Shown: positions 47,238 to 57,045, counted from the first letter of the stretch. The stretch: DNA of 64,000 bases from an uncultured Actinomycetes bacterium (GCA_947085535.1 CAMTWV010000002.1:94199-158198); one strand, 5' to 3'. Notes: a model not told the origin generated them from the letters alone. A program made the numbers and translations.

Positions 47238-48468
47238 GTTGGCGAATGATTATTGCTGCGTTATGACCACCAAAACCAAAAGAGTTAGACATCGCGCACT
47301 TAATCTCTTTCTTAACTGCTTTGTTTGGCACATAATTGAGATCACACAAGGGGTCGGGATATTCAAGATTTATTGTGGGTGGAACAATCCCATTTTTAAT
47401 TACCAGCGCGCAGGCTATCAATTCAAAAGCACCTGCCGCACCCAGAGCATGGCCAGTCATTGATTTAGTCGAGCTTACTAAAAGCTTATAAGCGTGGTCT
47501 CCAAATATATTTTTGATAGCCATTGTTTCAAACTCGTCATTGTATTGCGTGGAAGTTCCATGAGCATTTATATAATCGATATCTTCAGCTATAAGTCCTA
47601 CTTCATCAAGAGCCTGTTGTATAGCACGAGCAGCACCTTCGCCATCCGGAGAAGGTGAGGTTATGTGATAAGCATCGCCCGTTGCCCCGTAACCAACAAT
47701 TTCACCATAGATATGAGCGTCACGAGAAAGTGCGCTTTCTAAAGTTTCCAAAATTAAAATCCCTGCGCCCTCAGCAATAACAAAACCATCACGCTTGGTA
47801 TCAAAAGGACGACTGGCTTTTTGAGGCTCATCATTTCGAGTTGAGAGTGCTCTTGCCGCACAAAAACCAGCTACTCCTAACGGGGTAACCCCGGCCTCTG
47901 TACCACCTGTAATGCAGATATCAATGGCACCTCGTTTAATGGCTTCAAAAGCTTCCCCGATTGCATGGGTGCCGGAAGCACAAGCAGTGACTGTACAAAG
48001 ATTGATACCCTTTGCGCCCGTAGATATTGAGACATAACCGGCAGCCAAATCGCAAATCATCATGGGTACAAGGAAGGGGCTGACACGCTTAACTCCCTTT
48101 TCGAGTAAGATTTTGTGCTGGGCTTCGAGGGTACCCAGTCCACCGATACCCGAGCCAATAATAACACCTGTCTCATTGGCAATTTCGGGTGTTATTTTTA
48201 ATTTTGCGTCTTCTAAAGCTAATTGGGCGGCTGCCACGGCAAAATGACAGAAGCGGTCCATTCTTCTAATCTCGCGTTCGTCAATGAAGTTTTTAGGCTC
48301 AAAGTCTCTAACCTCACCGGCAATTTGGGATGGATATTCAGAAGCATCAAACAAGGAAATCTTATCAATTCCAGATTTTCCTTCTACCAAAGATTGCCAG
48401 TAAGTATCTTTTCCGATGCCAATTGGGGTAATTGGACCAATGCCTGTAACGACTACTCTTCGATTCAA
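47230..48468 (-). CDS. fabF: 3-oxoacyl-ACP synthase II
   Basis: Active-site Cys in TACASG, His-His in HGTST / GHxxGAAG. 412 aa. Confidence 0.9.
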   Translation of the reverse strand: MNRRVVVTGIGPITPIGIGKDTYWQSLVEGKSGIDKISLFDASEYPSQIAGEVRDFEPKNFIDEREIRRMDRFCHFAVAAAQLALEDAKLKITPEIANETGVIIGSGIGGLGTLEAQHKILLEKGVKRVSPFLVPMMICDLAAGYVSISTGAKGINLCTVTACASGTHAIGEAFEAIKRGAIDICITGGTEAGVTPLGVAGFCAARALSTRNDEPQKASRPFDTKRDGFVIAEGAGILILETLESALSRDAHIYGEIVGYGATGDAYHITSPSPDGEGAARAIQQALDEVGLIAEDIDYINAHGTSTQYNDEFETMAIKNIFGDHAYKLLVSSTKSMTGHALGAAGAFELIACALVIKNGIVPPTINLEYPDPLCDLNYVPNKAVKKEIKCAMSNSFGFGGHNAAIIIRQLD

Positions 48469-49445
48469 TTTCTACCCATCCTTGAAGCCGCTTCATTAAA
48501 CTCGTTAATTAAATTCGCCATTATTTCCTTAACAGAAAGAACTTCTTTAATCTCAGACACTCTTTCGCCAATGGTAAAGAGACCTTTTATTACGTCTCCT
48601 TGCTGGGCTTTTTCGAGAGCCTCGATTATGCAGTAGTTTTTCTTGCAATCCTGCAAACATTGGCGGCATCTGACAAGGGTATCTTTGCCAGGAATAGGAA
48701 CTTTCCCTTCCCTTAAGTTTTTAACAAATGTGCTTACGACTGCCCTAAAAGGCATTCCGACAGGACTTTCAATTATCGTAACATTTTCTTTTTCTGCTTC
48801 TAAACAAATCTTTTTCCATTCATCGGCGCCGCTTGCTTCTTTACTTAAAGAAAATCTTGTCCCCATCTGTACACCCTTAGCACCCAAACTTAGTGCTTTG
48901 GCTATGTCGAATCCGCCAATTATTCCGCCTGCAGCAATTAACGGTAACTTCACGCTATTTATAATCTCAGGCAATATGGAAAAGAGTGTTTTGTCTGTGC
49001 CAAGATGTCCGCCTGCCTCAAAACCTTCAATTATAATAGCGGGTGGATCAAATTTTTCTGCCAATTTAGCTGCTTTCAATGACGAAACAACAGGTAAAAA
49101 TGGTATGTTTGCTTCGCGACAACGTTTAAAGGCTTCGCGCGAAAACCCGGCGCCTGAAACCACCAAATCGACTTTTTCCCTGATTGAAGTCTCGAGAAGG
49201 TCGCTAAAGTTTTTTAGAGCCACCATGATATTCACGCCAATTATTCTGTCAGTTAACAAACGAGCCTCTCTGATATGTTTAGCAAGCTCATTGCTTTTTA
49301 ACCCTGAACCGGCTATTAACCCAATGCCTCCTTCATTAGCTACAGCAGCAGCAAGTGGTGCTAACGAAATTCTAACCGCCATACCTCCTTGTATAACTGG
49401 AAGTGGCGCTTCTAAATTTCCAATTTTTAAAGTAGGAAGTTTCAC
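48465..49445 (-). CDS. fabK: NMO-family flavoprotein, enoyl-ACP reductase II (FabK-like) with an extra Cys cluster (possible Fe-S; FabX-like alternative)
   Basis: IQGGMA and FMN/TIM-barrel NMO motifs. C-terminal insertion VRCRQCLQDCKKNYC (C-x2-C-x3-C-x4-C). Confidence 0.65.
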   Translation of the reverse strand: MKLPTLKIGNLEAPLPVIQGGMAVRISLAPLAAAVANEGGIGLIAGSGLKSNELAKHIREARLLTDRIIGVNIMVALKNFSDLLETSIREKVDLVVSGAGFSREAFKRCREANIPFLPVVSSLKAAKLAEKFDPPAIIIEGFEAGGHLGTDKTLFSILPEIINSVKLPLIAAGGIIGGFDIAKALSLGAKGVQMGTRFSLSKEASGADEWKKICLEAEKENVTIIESPVGMPFRAVVSTFVKNLREGKVPIPGKDTLVRCRQCLQDCKKNYCIIEALEKAQQGDVIKGLFTIGERVSEIKEVLSVKEIMANLINEFNEAASRMGRN

Positions 49446-49462
49446 TTTTTTCTCCTGTTTAA

Positions 49463-49699
49463 CTATTGTTTTTTGCTTTCGATGTAATTAACAGCATCGC
49501 CAACGGTGACAATCTTTTCAGCATCTTCGTCAGAAATTTCGATGCCAAATGATTCCTCGAGAGCCATTACAAGCTCAACAATATCGAGCGAATCAGCACC
49601 AAGGTCGTCAACAAAGGCTGTTTTTTCAGTGACTTCACTTACCTCCACACTTAGTTGGTCAGCAATTATATCCTTTACTTTTTCAAAAATAGCCGACAT
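49463..49699 (-). CDS. acpP: acyl carrier protein
   Basis: [17 protein letters not shown] phosphopantetheine Ser site. 78 aa. Confidence 0.95.
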   Translation of the reverse strand: MSAIFEKVKDIIADQLSVEVSEVTEKTAFVDDLGADSLDIVELVMALEESFGIEISDEDAEKIVTVGDAVNYIESKKQ

Positions 49700-49757
49700 A
49701 AATTCACCTCCTTATCTAACAGAAATTGCAAATTGACTTTTGACTTCCAACTACCTA

Positions 49758-50504
49758 TTAGGTAACCATTCCACCATCAATCTGAATGACCTGGCCTGTG
49801 ATATAGCCCGATTCATCAGAGGCAAGAAAAGCAACTAAATTTGCCACATCTTCGGGTTGACCAAATCTGCCAAGCGGAATTTGTTTATTTATAGCACTTC
49901 TTGTGTCCTCGGAAAGCTTTTGAGTCATTTCTGTTTCAATAAAACCAGGAGCTACAGCGTTAGCCCTGACTCCTCTTGAAGCCATTTCTCGAGCGATTGT
50001 CTTGGTTAAACCAATAACCCCGGCTTTTGAAGCCGAGTAATTTGCTTGGCCAGGGTTTCCAGTGATTCCAACAACAGAAGCTATGTTAATAATATTCCCG
50101 CTTCGCTGTTTCATCATATATTTACTCACTGCCTGACTGCAATTAAAGGTGCCTTTAAGATTAACAGTTAAAACAGCATCCCAATCTTCTTCTTTCATCC
50201 GAACAAGAAGATTGTCGCGAGTAATCCCGGCATTGTTAACGAGAATATCAATTTTACCAAACTTTTCAATTATGCTCTCGATAAGTGAATTTGCTTCATC
50301 GAGTTTCGCGACATTTGCTTTTATAAAAACAGCTTCGCTTCCCATCTTTTTTATTTGTTCGACCAGTTCTTGAGCTAACTCTTCATTTCTTATAGCATTT
50401 ACAACTATGTTTGCGCCTAACTCGGCTAATTTTAAGCAAATTGCTTTGCCAATTCCGCGAGCGCCTCCTGTAACGAGAACCACTCTACCAGTAAGTTCAG
50501 GCAT
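49758..50504 (-). CDS. fabG: 3-oxoacyl-ACP reductase
   Basis: TGGARGIG, NNAG, catalytic S...YSASK. 248 aa. Confidence 0.9.
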   Translation of the reverse strand: MPELTGRVVLVTGGARGIGKAICLKLAELGANIVVNAIRNEELAQELVEQIKKMGSEAVFIKANVAKLDEANSLIESIIEKFGKIDILVNNAGITRDNLLVRMKEEDWDAVLTVNLKGTFNCSQAVSKYMMKQRSGNIINIASVVGITGNPGQANYSASKAGVIGLTKTIAREMASRGVRANAVAPGFIETEMTQKLSEDTRSAINKQIPLGRFGQPEDVANLVAFLASDESGYITGQVIQIDGGMVT

Positions 50505-50506
50505 TT

Positions 50507-51460
50507 TTAATACTCCTTTCTTAAAAAATCAATCGTTTTTTGAAGCGATTCGCTATCTTCAACATTTAAAATTGTACAATCAGTAGAAATTCTTTTCACT
50601 AAACCTGAAAGAATTTTACCGGGTCCTACTTCAATAAAGATATTAGCCATTTTAAGCATCTTGTTTACTGATTGCTGCCACTTAACAGAACCTGTAATTT
50701 GTTTTCTAAGAGTCTCTTTGATTGTCTCTGGCTCTACAGAAACCTCTGCCGTGTAGTTTGAGATAACAGGAATCCTTGCTTTCTTAAATAATGCCTTATC
50801 TAAAAATTCACCAAATTCGTTCTCAGCTTTTTTCATTAGTGGAGAATGAAAACCTCCACTAACTGCTAATTTTACTACACGTTTTGCTCCTGCTTCATTA
50901 AAAAATTTAATCGATTCGTTTATAACTTTTGATTCGCCTGACACAATTATCTGACCAGGAGAATTGTAATTAGCTATGGTGATAACACCCTCGTCTTTTA
51001 AAGACGCGGTAACTTTTTCAACTTTTTCTTCTTCGAGCCCTAAAACAGCAATCATTTCACCGTATTTTCCAGAAGTCGAGCTTGTTGCAGCTTTTTGCAT
51101 TAATTCTGCTCGCTTCATAACTAATTTTAAGCCATCATTGAAATTAAAGGCATCAGCCACAGCTAAAGCTGTGTATTCGCCAAGACTATGTCCTGCCATA
51201 ACCTCAGGAATTATACCTTCTTTAGCAAGAAGCATCCAGGCAGCAAAGCTAACTAAAAAAATGGCAGGCTGGGCATTTATAGTTTCAGTTAGTTTTTCAA
51301 TCGGTCCATTAAAGCATAACTCTTTTAAATCAAAGTTTAAAATTTCATTTGCCTGCAAAAACAAATCTTTAATCTCAGGATAATTTTTATATAAATCTAA
51401 TCCCATTCCCACATATTGTGAGCCCTGACCTGGAAATACTAAAGCAATTCCTTTTTTCAA
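50507..51460 (-). CDS. fabD: malonyl-CoA:ACP transacylase
   Basis: FPGQGSQ and GHSLGE motifs. Confidence 0.9.
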   Translation of the reverse strand: MKKGIALVFPGQGSQYVGMGLDLYKNYPEIKDLFLQANEILNFDLKELCFNGPIEKLTETINAQPAIFLVSFAAWMLLAKEGIIPEVMAGHSLGEYTALAVADAFNFNDGLKLVMKRAELMQKAATSSTSGKYGEMIAVLGLEEEKVEKVTASLKDEGVITIANYNSPGQIIVSGESKVINESIKFFNEAGAKRVVKLAVSGGFHSPLMKKAENEFGEFLDKALFKKARIPVISNYTAEVSVEPETIKETLRKQITGSVKWQQSVNKMLKMANIFIEVGPGKILSGLVKRISTDCTILNVEDSESLQKTIDFLRKEY

Positions 51461-52645
51461 CTAAGAACACCTTGTCTCTTTAAGTTTAGAAATTAAAACA
51501 GGGACGACCTCAAATAAATCGCCCACTATCCCATAATTGGCTACACTAAAGATAGGAGCATCTGGGTCTTTATTAATAGCCACAATTGTCTCTGATGTTT
51601 GCATGCCAGCTAAATGCTGAATTGCACCCGATATACCACAGGCGATGTATAATTTAGGACAAACTGTCTTTCCTGTTTGTCCAACTTGATGAGAGTAAGG
51701 TATCCACTCGGCGTCAACAGCTGCTCTTGAAGCACCAACTGCAGCGTTCAAAAGAGAGGCAAATTCCTTGATTAGTTTAAAATTATCAGCTTTCCCTAAA
51801 CCTCGACCGCCAGAAACGATAACATCTGCTTCCTCAAGTTTTACTTTCTCGGTTAAATCTTCGACAAAATTAAGGACATTTATTTTTGAAGAAAGATTTT
51901 TTGGTTCGAATTTAATAATTTCACCTTGCCGCGAACTTGAAAAGTCAAGCTTTTTCATTACACGAGGCCGAACAGTTGCCATTTGCGGTCTTTTATTAGG
52001 ACAAACAATTGTAGCCATGATGTTTCCACCGAAAGCCGGTCGGGTTTGAAGAAGTAATCTGTTTTTTAAATCAATTTCAAGTCCAGTGCAATCAGCAGTT
52101 AAACCTGTTTTTAAGATAGCAGCAATCTTGGGAGCAATTGATCTTCCAACAACTGTTGCTCCAAAAAGCACAGTCTCTGGCTTATATTGATTAATTAAAT
52201 CAACCATGACTTGTGCGTAGGCATCGTCAAGGTGATCTTTTAATAAGTCATCCTCAACAAGAAAAACCTTATCAGCTCCATGACCAATTAATTTGTCCGT
52301 TCCATCTTTTATGTTTTTCCCTAAAAGAACCGCTGCGAGATAAGTTCCTAACGAATCGGCTAACTTCCTTCCTTCCCCTAAAAGCTCATAAACAACAGAA
52401 GCAATATTTTTGTTTCTTTGCTCGGTAAAAACCCAAATTCCATTATACCCAGAGGTATCCTCAATTTTTCTTTTGTCTTCAATAACAATGGCATTAGACT
52501 TGCAAACCTCCACACAAGCTCCGCACAAGTTGCAATTTGCTTCAATAATTGCTTTTTTTTCAAATACTTTAATGGCTTGATAGGGACAGCTTTTTACACA
52601 GAGTTTGCAGCCATTACATTTTTCAAGAATTACCTTGATTGACAT
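51461..52645 (-). CDS. etfA: electron-transfer flavoprotein alpha subunit with N-terminal 2x[4Fe-4S] ferredoxin domain (CarE-type EtfA)
   Basis: CNGCKLCVKSCP and CNLCGACVEVC ferredoxin motifs, then EtfA FAD-binding domain. 1-nt gap to etfB, 0-nt gap to fabD. Confidence 0.85.
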   Translation of the reverse strand: MSIKVILEKCNGCKLCVKSCPYQAIKVFEKKAIIEANCNLCGACVEVCKSNAIVIEDKRKIEDTSGYNGIWVFTEQRNKNIASVVYELLGEGRKLADSLGTYLAAVLLGKNIKDGTDKLIGHGADKVFLVEDDLLKDHLDDAYAQVMVDLINQYKPETVLFGATVVGRSIAPKIAAILKTGLTADCTGLEIDLKNRLLLQTRPAFGGNIMATIVCPNKRPQMATVRPRVMKKLDFSSSRQGEIIKFEPKNLSSKINVLNFVEDLTEKVKLEEADVIVSGGRGLGKADNFKLIKEFASLLNAAVGASRAAVDAEWIPYSHQVGQTGKTVCPKLYIACGISGAIQHLAGMQTSETIVAINKDPDAPIFSVANYGIVGDLFEVVPVLISKLKETRCS

Positions 52646-52646
52646 T

Positions 52647-53432
52647 TTAAATTAACCTACCTTGTTTTAATTTATCAATTAAAGTGTCGACCTGAGTTTC
52701 TAAGTTACCTTGAAGCATTCCACCTTTTTGGTGTCTTTCAGGAGTAAAAATTTTAATCACCTGAGTGGGTGAACCGGCTAAACCAACTTTATCTTTTTTA
52801 GCGTCTATATCTTGATGGTTCCAAATGGTAACTTGGGCACTTTTTGCCTTCATCATTCCCTTGAGCGAAGGAAGACGGGGCTCATTTATTTCCTTAACTA
52901 CAGTAATTAGACCTGGAAGAGGCATTCCAATAACTTCATAACCTTCTTCAACCATTCTTTCAACCACAATCTTATTTTCATTAATTTCTTCAACTTTTTT
53001 AACAAAAGTGACATAGGGAATGGAAAGAAAATGAGCAAGCTCGGGACCAACTTGGCCAGTGTCACCATCCATAGTTTGTTTACCACAAATTATAAGGTCA
53101 AATGAACCGATTTTTTCGATGGTTTTAGAGAGAGTATATGAAGTTGCCAGAGTATCGGCACCCGCAAACGCTCTATCGCTCAAAAGTATGGCTTCATCTG
53201 CTCCTACTGTAAGAGCATCACGTAAAACTTGCTCGGCTTGAGGAGGTCCCATAGTAATTACGGTAACTTTCCCACCCACACGCTCTTTTAATCTAACTCC
53301 CTCTTCAAGAGCGTATGTGTCAAAAGGATTGATGATACTATCGACTCCCTGTCTTATGAGAGTATTTGTGTTAGGGTCAATTTTTACTTCGGTTGTTCCA
53401 GGAACTTGCTTAATGCAAACAATAATTTCCAT
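52647..53432 (-). CDS. etfB: electron-transfer flavoprotein beta subunit
   Basis: MEIIVCIKQVPGTTEVKIDPNTNTLIRQGV typical EtfB start. 261 aa. Confidence 0.85.
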   Translation of the reverse strand: MEIIVCIKQVPGTTEVKIDPNTNTLIRQGVDSIINPFDTYALEEGVRLKERVGGKVTVITMGPPQAEQVLRDALTVGADEAILLSDRAFAGADTLATSYTLSKTIEKIGSFDLIICGKQTMDGDTGQVGPELAHFLSIPYVTFVKKVEEINENKIVVERMVEEGYEVIGMPLPGLITVVKEINEPRLPSLKGMMKAKSAQVTIWNHQDIDAKKDKVGLAGSPTQVIKIFTPERHQKGGMLQGNLETQVDTLIDKLKQGRLI

Positions 53433-53450
53433 TTTGACTTCCTTTGGTCA

Positions 53451-54611
53451 CTAATTTGCTGTCAGAGTGCTTTCTTTAATTAGCTGAAGCGCAATAACAT
53501 TTCTTTGAATTTGATTAGTGCCTTCATATATCTGAATAATTTTTGCATCCCGCATCATTTTTTCGACAGGATATTCTCGCATGTAACCATATCCACCAAA
53601 AATCTGAACAGCATCAACTGTTATTTTCATAGCCACATCGGAAGCAAAAACTTTTGCCATAGCCGAAATTTTAGAGACATCTTTTGCCCCTGCATCTATG
53701 GATTTTGCCACTTGGTAAACCAAAGCCCTCGCAGCTTCAATTTCTGTAGCCATATCAGCTAACATATGCTGAATAGCCTGAAAAGAAGAAATTGATTGGC
53801 CAAACTGCACTCGCTGACGGGAGTAATTCAAAGTAGCTTCGAGAGCACCCGCAGCTAATCCCACAGCTTGAGCACCTATGCCAGGACGCGTCACATCCAG
53901 TGTTTTCATAGCAACAATAAAGCCAAGTCCTTCTTTCCCGATTAAGTTTTCGGCCGGTATTTTACAATTTTCAAAAATAAGTTCTCTTGTGGCTGAAGCT
54001 CTGATACCAAGTTTTTTTTCTTTCTTGCCAAAAGAAAACCCAGGGATTCCTTTTTCAACAATAAAAGCACTCGCTCCACGAGCACCTTTGCTTTTGTCTG
54101 TTAAAGCAATAATTGTGTATATTTCGGCTTCTCCGCCATTAGTTATCCATTGCTTTGTTCCATTCAATATATAGTAATCGCCTTCGCGAACTGCGTTTGT
54201 TTGGATGCCACCAGCGTCGCTTCCTGCGTTTGCTTCCGTTAAACCAAATGCTGCTAATTTTGTTCCCTTAGCAACGTCAGGTAAGTACTTCTTTTTTTGC
54301 TCGTCAGAACCAAAAAGAAGAATGGGATAAGCTCCTAACGCGCTTGCCGCATAACTCACCGAAACACCGCAACAACCTCGGCTCAATTCTTCCATGACTA
54401 AACAATTCTCAAAACAGCCCATCCCGAAACCTCCATATTCTTCCGGGACGTATAAGCCAAATAAATCTGACTCGGCTAAAATTTTAAGTATTTCCCAGGG
54501 AAACTCTTCTTTCTCGTCGAGTTCGGCTCGCGCTGGGATTATTTTTTCTTCAGTAATTCTTCTTGCTAAATCCTTAATCATTCTTTGCTCATCAGTTAAG
54601 AAATAATCCAT
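53451..54611 (-). CDS. acyl-CoA dehydrogenase family flavoprotein (butyryl-CoA dehydrogenase-like; CarC-type), embedded in the fab operon
   Basis: ACAD N-, middle- and C-terminal domains. Catalytic Glu in YEGTNQIQR. 15-nt gap after fabH and 18-nt gap before etfB. Confidence 0.85.
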   Translation of the reverse strand: MDYFLTDEQRMIKDLARRITEEKIIPARAELDEKEEFPWEILKILAESDLFGLYVPEEYGGFGMGCFENCLVMEELSRGCCGVSVSYAASALGAYPILLFGSDEQKKKYLPDVAKGTKLAAFGLTEANAGSDAGGIQTNAVREGDYYILNGTKQWITNGGEAEIYTIIALTDKSKGARGASAFIVEKGIPGFSFGKKEKKLGIRASATRELIFENCKIPAENLIGKEGLGFIVAMKTLDVTRPGIGAQAVGLAAGALEATLNYSRQRVQFGQSISSFQAIQHMLADMATEIEAARALVYQVAKSIDAGAKDVSKISAMAKVFASDVAMKITVDAVQIFGGYGYMREYPVEKMMRDAKIIQIYEGTNQIQRNVIALQLIKESTLTAN

Positions 54612-54626
54612 ACCTTTGACCCCTCT

Positions 54627-55646
54627 CTATTTAAAATTTTTATGCCATCTAATAACATTGGCTCCCCAAGTTAAACCTCCTCCAAATCCAACGGAAAGAA
54701 CAATATTGCCTTTTATTAGTTTTCCGGCTGCCCAGAGCTCGTAAAGAGCTATTGGGATGGAGGCCGAGGAAGTATTTCCATACTTATTAATATTACTGAC
54801 AACTTTTGAAGAGTCTATTTTTAATCTTTCGACTGCGACATCAATAATTCTCTGATTTGCCTGATGCGGGATTAAAAAATCAATATCTCCAACTTTCAAA
54901 TTTGCTTTTTTAAGTGCTATTTTAGCTGCACGAGGAAGCACTTTGACGGCAAATTTAAAAATTTCATTTCCGCTCATATGGATGTAATGTAAATTATTTT
55001 TAACTGTTTCACTGCTGGTTGGGAGCATTGCGCCACCAGCAGGGATTTTTAAAAGGTCGCCTCGAGTGCCATCTGCTGATAAGTAATTTGATAAAATACC
55101 GTAACCTGGCTCCACTTCTTGCAAAACAACTGCTCCAGCCCCATCGCCAAAAAGCACACAGGTATTTTTATCTTTCCAATTGACAAAACGAGTAATGGCT
55201 TCAGCGCCGATTAGAAGAACTGTTTTATAAGTGCCGGTGGCAACAAAGCTTGAAGCCACGGCTAAACCATAACTAAAACCTGTGCATGCAGCCTGTAAAT
55301 CAAAAGCAGGACAACCTTTGATACCCATTTTTTGCTGGGCAACACAAGCAGTTGAAGGAAAAATCATGTCAGGCGAACCAGTGGCAACAATAATCAACTC
55401 AACATCTTTAGGACTTACATTTGCATCTTCTAATGCTTTTAAACCAGCTTCAGCAGCTAAATCCGAAGTAGACAAATCATCGGCTATGATGTGTCTTTCT
55501 GATATCCCTGTTCGACTGCGTATCCACTCATCACTGGTTTCAACCATTTTTTCTAAATCATGGTTATTAAGTATTCTTTCCGGAATTGATACACCAATTC
55601 CTGTAATACCAACCGGAATTAAAATTAGATTTTTCATTTGCAACAT
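54627..55646 (-). CDS. fabH: 3-oxoacyl-ACP synthase III
   Basis: Active-site AACTGF, HQAN, NxGNTSSAS motifs. Confidence 0.9.
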   Translation of the reverse strand: MLQMKNLILIPVGITGIGVSIPERILNNHDLEKMVETSDEWIRSRTGISERHIIADDLSTSDLAAEAGLKALEDANVSPKDVELIIVATGSPDMIFPSTACVAQQKMGIKGCPAFDLQAACTGFSYGLAVASSFVATGTYKTVLLIGAEAITRFVNWKDKNTCVLFGDGAGAVVLQEVEPGYGILSNYLSADGTRGDLLKIPAGGAMLPTSSETVKNNLHYIHMSGNEIFKFAVKVLPRAAKIALKKANLKVGDIDFLIPHQANQRIIDVAVERLKIDSSKVVSNINKYGNTSSASIPIALYELWAAGKLIKGNIVLSVGFGGGLTWGANVIRWHKNFK

Positions 55647-55648
55647 CC

Positions 55649-56656
55649 TTAAGAACTTTTTAGAGATTCCTTAATTTCACCGATTAGGTTTTCCTGGATA
55701 GTTTTAGCGGCTACTTTTATGGCATTCTTTATTGCTTTGCTGCTTGAGCTTCCGTGACTGATGATGCAAACTCCGTCTACACCGAGAAGTTGTGCTCCGC
55801 CATACTCTTCATAATCGAGTTGTTTGATTAATTTTTTAAGTCCAGGTTTTAAAAGTAAAGCGCCGATTTTAGAAATCAATGACCCTTCAGCGGTTAATCT
55901 TATTTGCTTAAAAATGGTGCTGGCTAATCCTTCCATTAGCTTTAAAACAACATTTCCTGTAAAACCGTCACAAACACATATGTCAACTTTACCTTTAGGA
56001 ATATCGTTGCCTTCCACATTGCCAAAAAAGTTTAATTGTGATGCGGTGAGAAGTTTATGAGCAGCAACAGTAATTTCATTTCCTTTGCTTTTTTCTTCTC
56101 CAATACTTAAGAGTCCAACAGTCGGATTTTCAATGTTAAGAATTTTTTTAGCAAAAAGACTACCCATCTGGGCAAATCGTACTAAGTGTTCGGGTTTACA
56201 GTCAGCTGTAGCTCCAACATCTAAAATCACCACTGGTTTATAGGGTGTAGGAACAACAATGGCAATAGCCGGCCGCGAAATTCCTTTTATACGCCCATAA
56301 GTAAGCAAAGCTGCGCTGACCACAGCTCCTGTGTTTCCTGCAGAGAGAAAAGCGTGTACCTTACCTTCTTTTACCAATCTGGTACCGACAACAATAGATG
56401 AGTTGCTTTTTGAACGGACAGACCACGCTGCTTCTTCGCCCATTTCGATAACATCAGATGCTGTCTGAACTTCAAGATTTGGTAGTTTACTAAAGCGGTT
56501 TAGCTCTGCCTGAATAGCCGATAGTTCTCCAACTAAAATTACTTTTAAATTTTTTAACTCTAAAGCTGCCCTATGTGCACCTTTTACAATTTCGTGAGGC
56601 GCATGGTCGCCTCCCATAGCGTCTACAGCAATTATTAAATTATTTTCCTCTGGCAT
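55649..56656 (-). CDS. plsX: phosphate acyltransferase PlsX
   Basis: IAVDAMGGDHAP start. 335 aa. Confidence 0.9.
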   Translation of the reverse strand: MPEENNLIIAVDAMGGDHAPHEIVKGAHRAALELKNLKVILVGELSAIQAELNRFSKLPNLEVQTASDVIEMGEEAAWSVRSKSNSSIVVGTRLVKEGKVHAFLSAGNTGAVVSAALLTYGRIKGISRPAIAIVVPTPYKPVVILDVGATADCKPEHLVRFAQMGSLFAKKILNIENPTVGLLSIGEEKSKGNEITVAAHKLLTASQLNFFGNVEGNDIPKGKVDICVCDGFTGNVVLKLMEGLASTIFKQIRLTAEGSLISKIGALLLKPGLKKLIKQLDYEEYGGAQLLGVDGVCIISHGSSSSKAIKNAIKVAAKTIQENLIGEIKESLKSS

Positions 56657-56674
56657 ATCAAACCTCTTTAAGGT

Positions 56675-56851
56675 TTATTCAACCTCGATTACCTTTTTAC
56701 CATCATAATAACCGCAATTTGGACAAATATGATGTGGTAATTTTGACTGGTGACATTGAGGACAATTTGAAAGAGTAGGCTCGGTAGCACGCCAGTTTGC
56801 TCTTCGCTTATCTCTTCTTGCTTTAGATGTTTTTCTTTTTGGTACAGCCAT
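56675..56851 (-). CDS. rpmF: 50S ribosomal protein L32
   Basis: MAVPKRKTSKARRDKRR and CPNCG zinc ribbon. The track ORF starts at a TTG six codons upstream. Confidence 0.9.
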   Translation of the reverse strand: MAVPKRKTSKARRDKRRANWRATEPTLSNCPQCHQSKLPHHICPNCGYYDGKKVIEVE

Positions 56852-57014
56852 TACAAGCACTCCTTCCAACGGAATCTTTTCTAATAATAGAAATCTCTTT
56901 TTCTTCTTTTTGGGGGGATTTTAAGTCTAATTTAGTTTTAATTTTTAATTCTGCTCCAACGCTTTCTAAAGTTTGTGCAACGTTTATTTTGTATTGACTC
57001 ACCGCTTTACCTTC

Positions 57015-57045
57015 GGAATATTGAGAAAAAATTATACCACAGTTT
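57015..57045 (-). promoter_or_regulatory. Candidate extended -10 promoter (TGGTATAAT on minus strand, plus 57021-57029) for the rpmF-plsX-fab operon with an untranslated leader of about 170 nt
   Basis: Minus strand ...GTGGATTATGTTTGAAACTGTGGTATAAT... The -35 is poor, the extended -10 is perfect. Confidence 0.4.

Noticed and set aside
48643-49491. 282-aa plus-strand ORF
   Set aside because: Entirely antisense to the well-conserved fabK gene. Ser/Ala/Pro-rich low-complexity translation with no start context. Typical shadow ORF of a coding region.
52378-52563. 61-aa minus-strand ORF in another frame of etfA
   Set aside because: Nested out-of-frame within the conserved ferredoxin domain of etfA.
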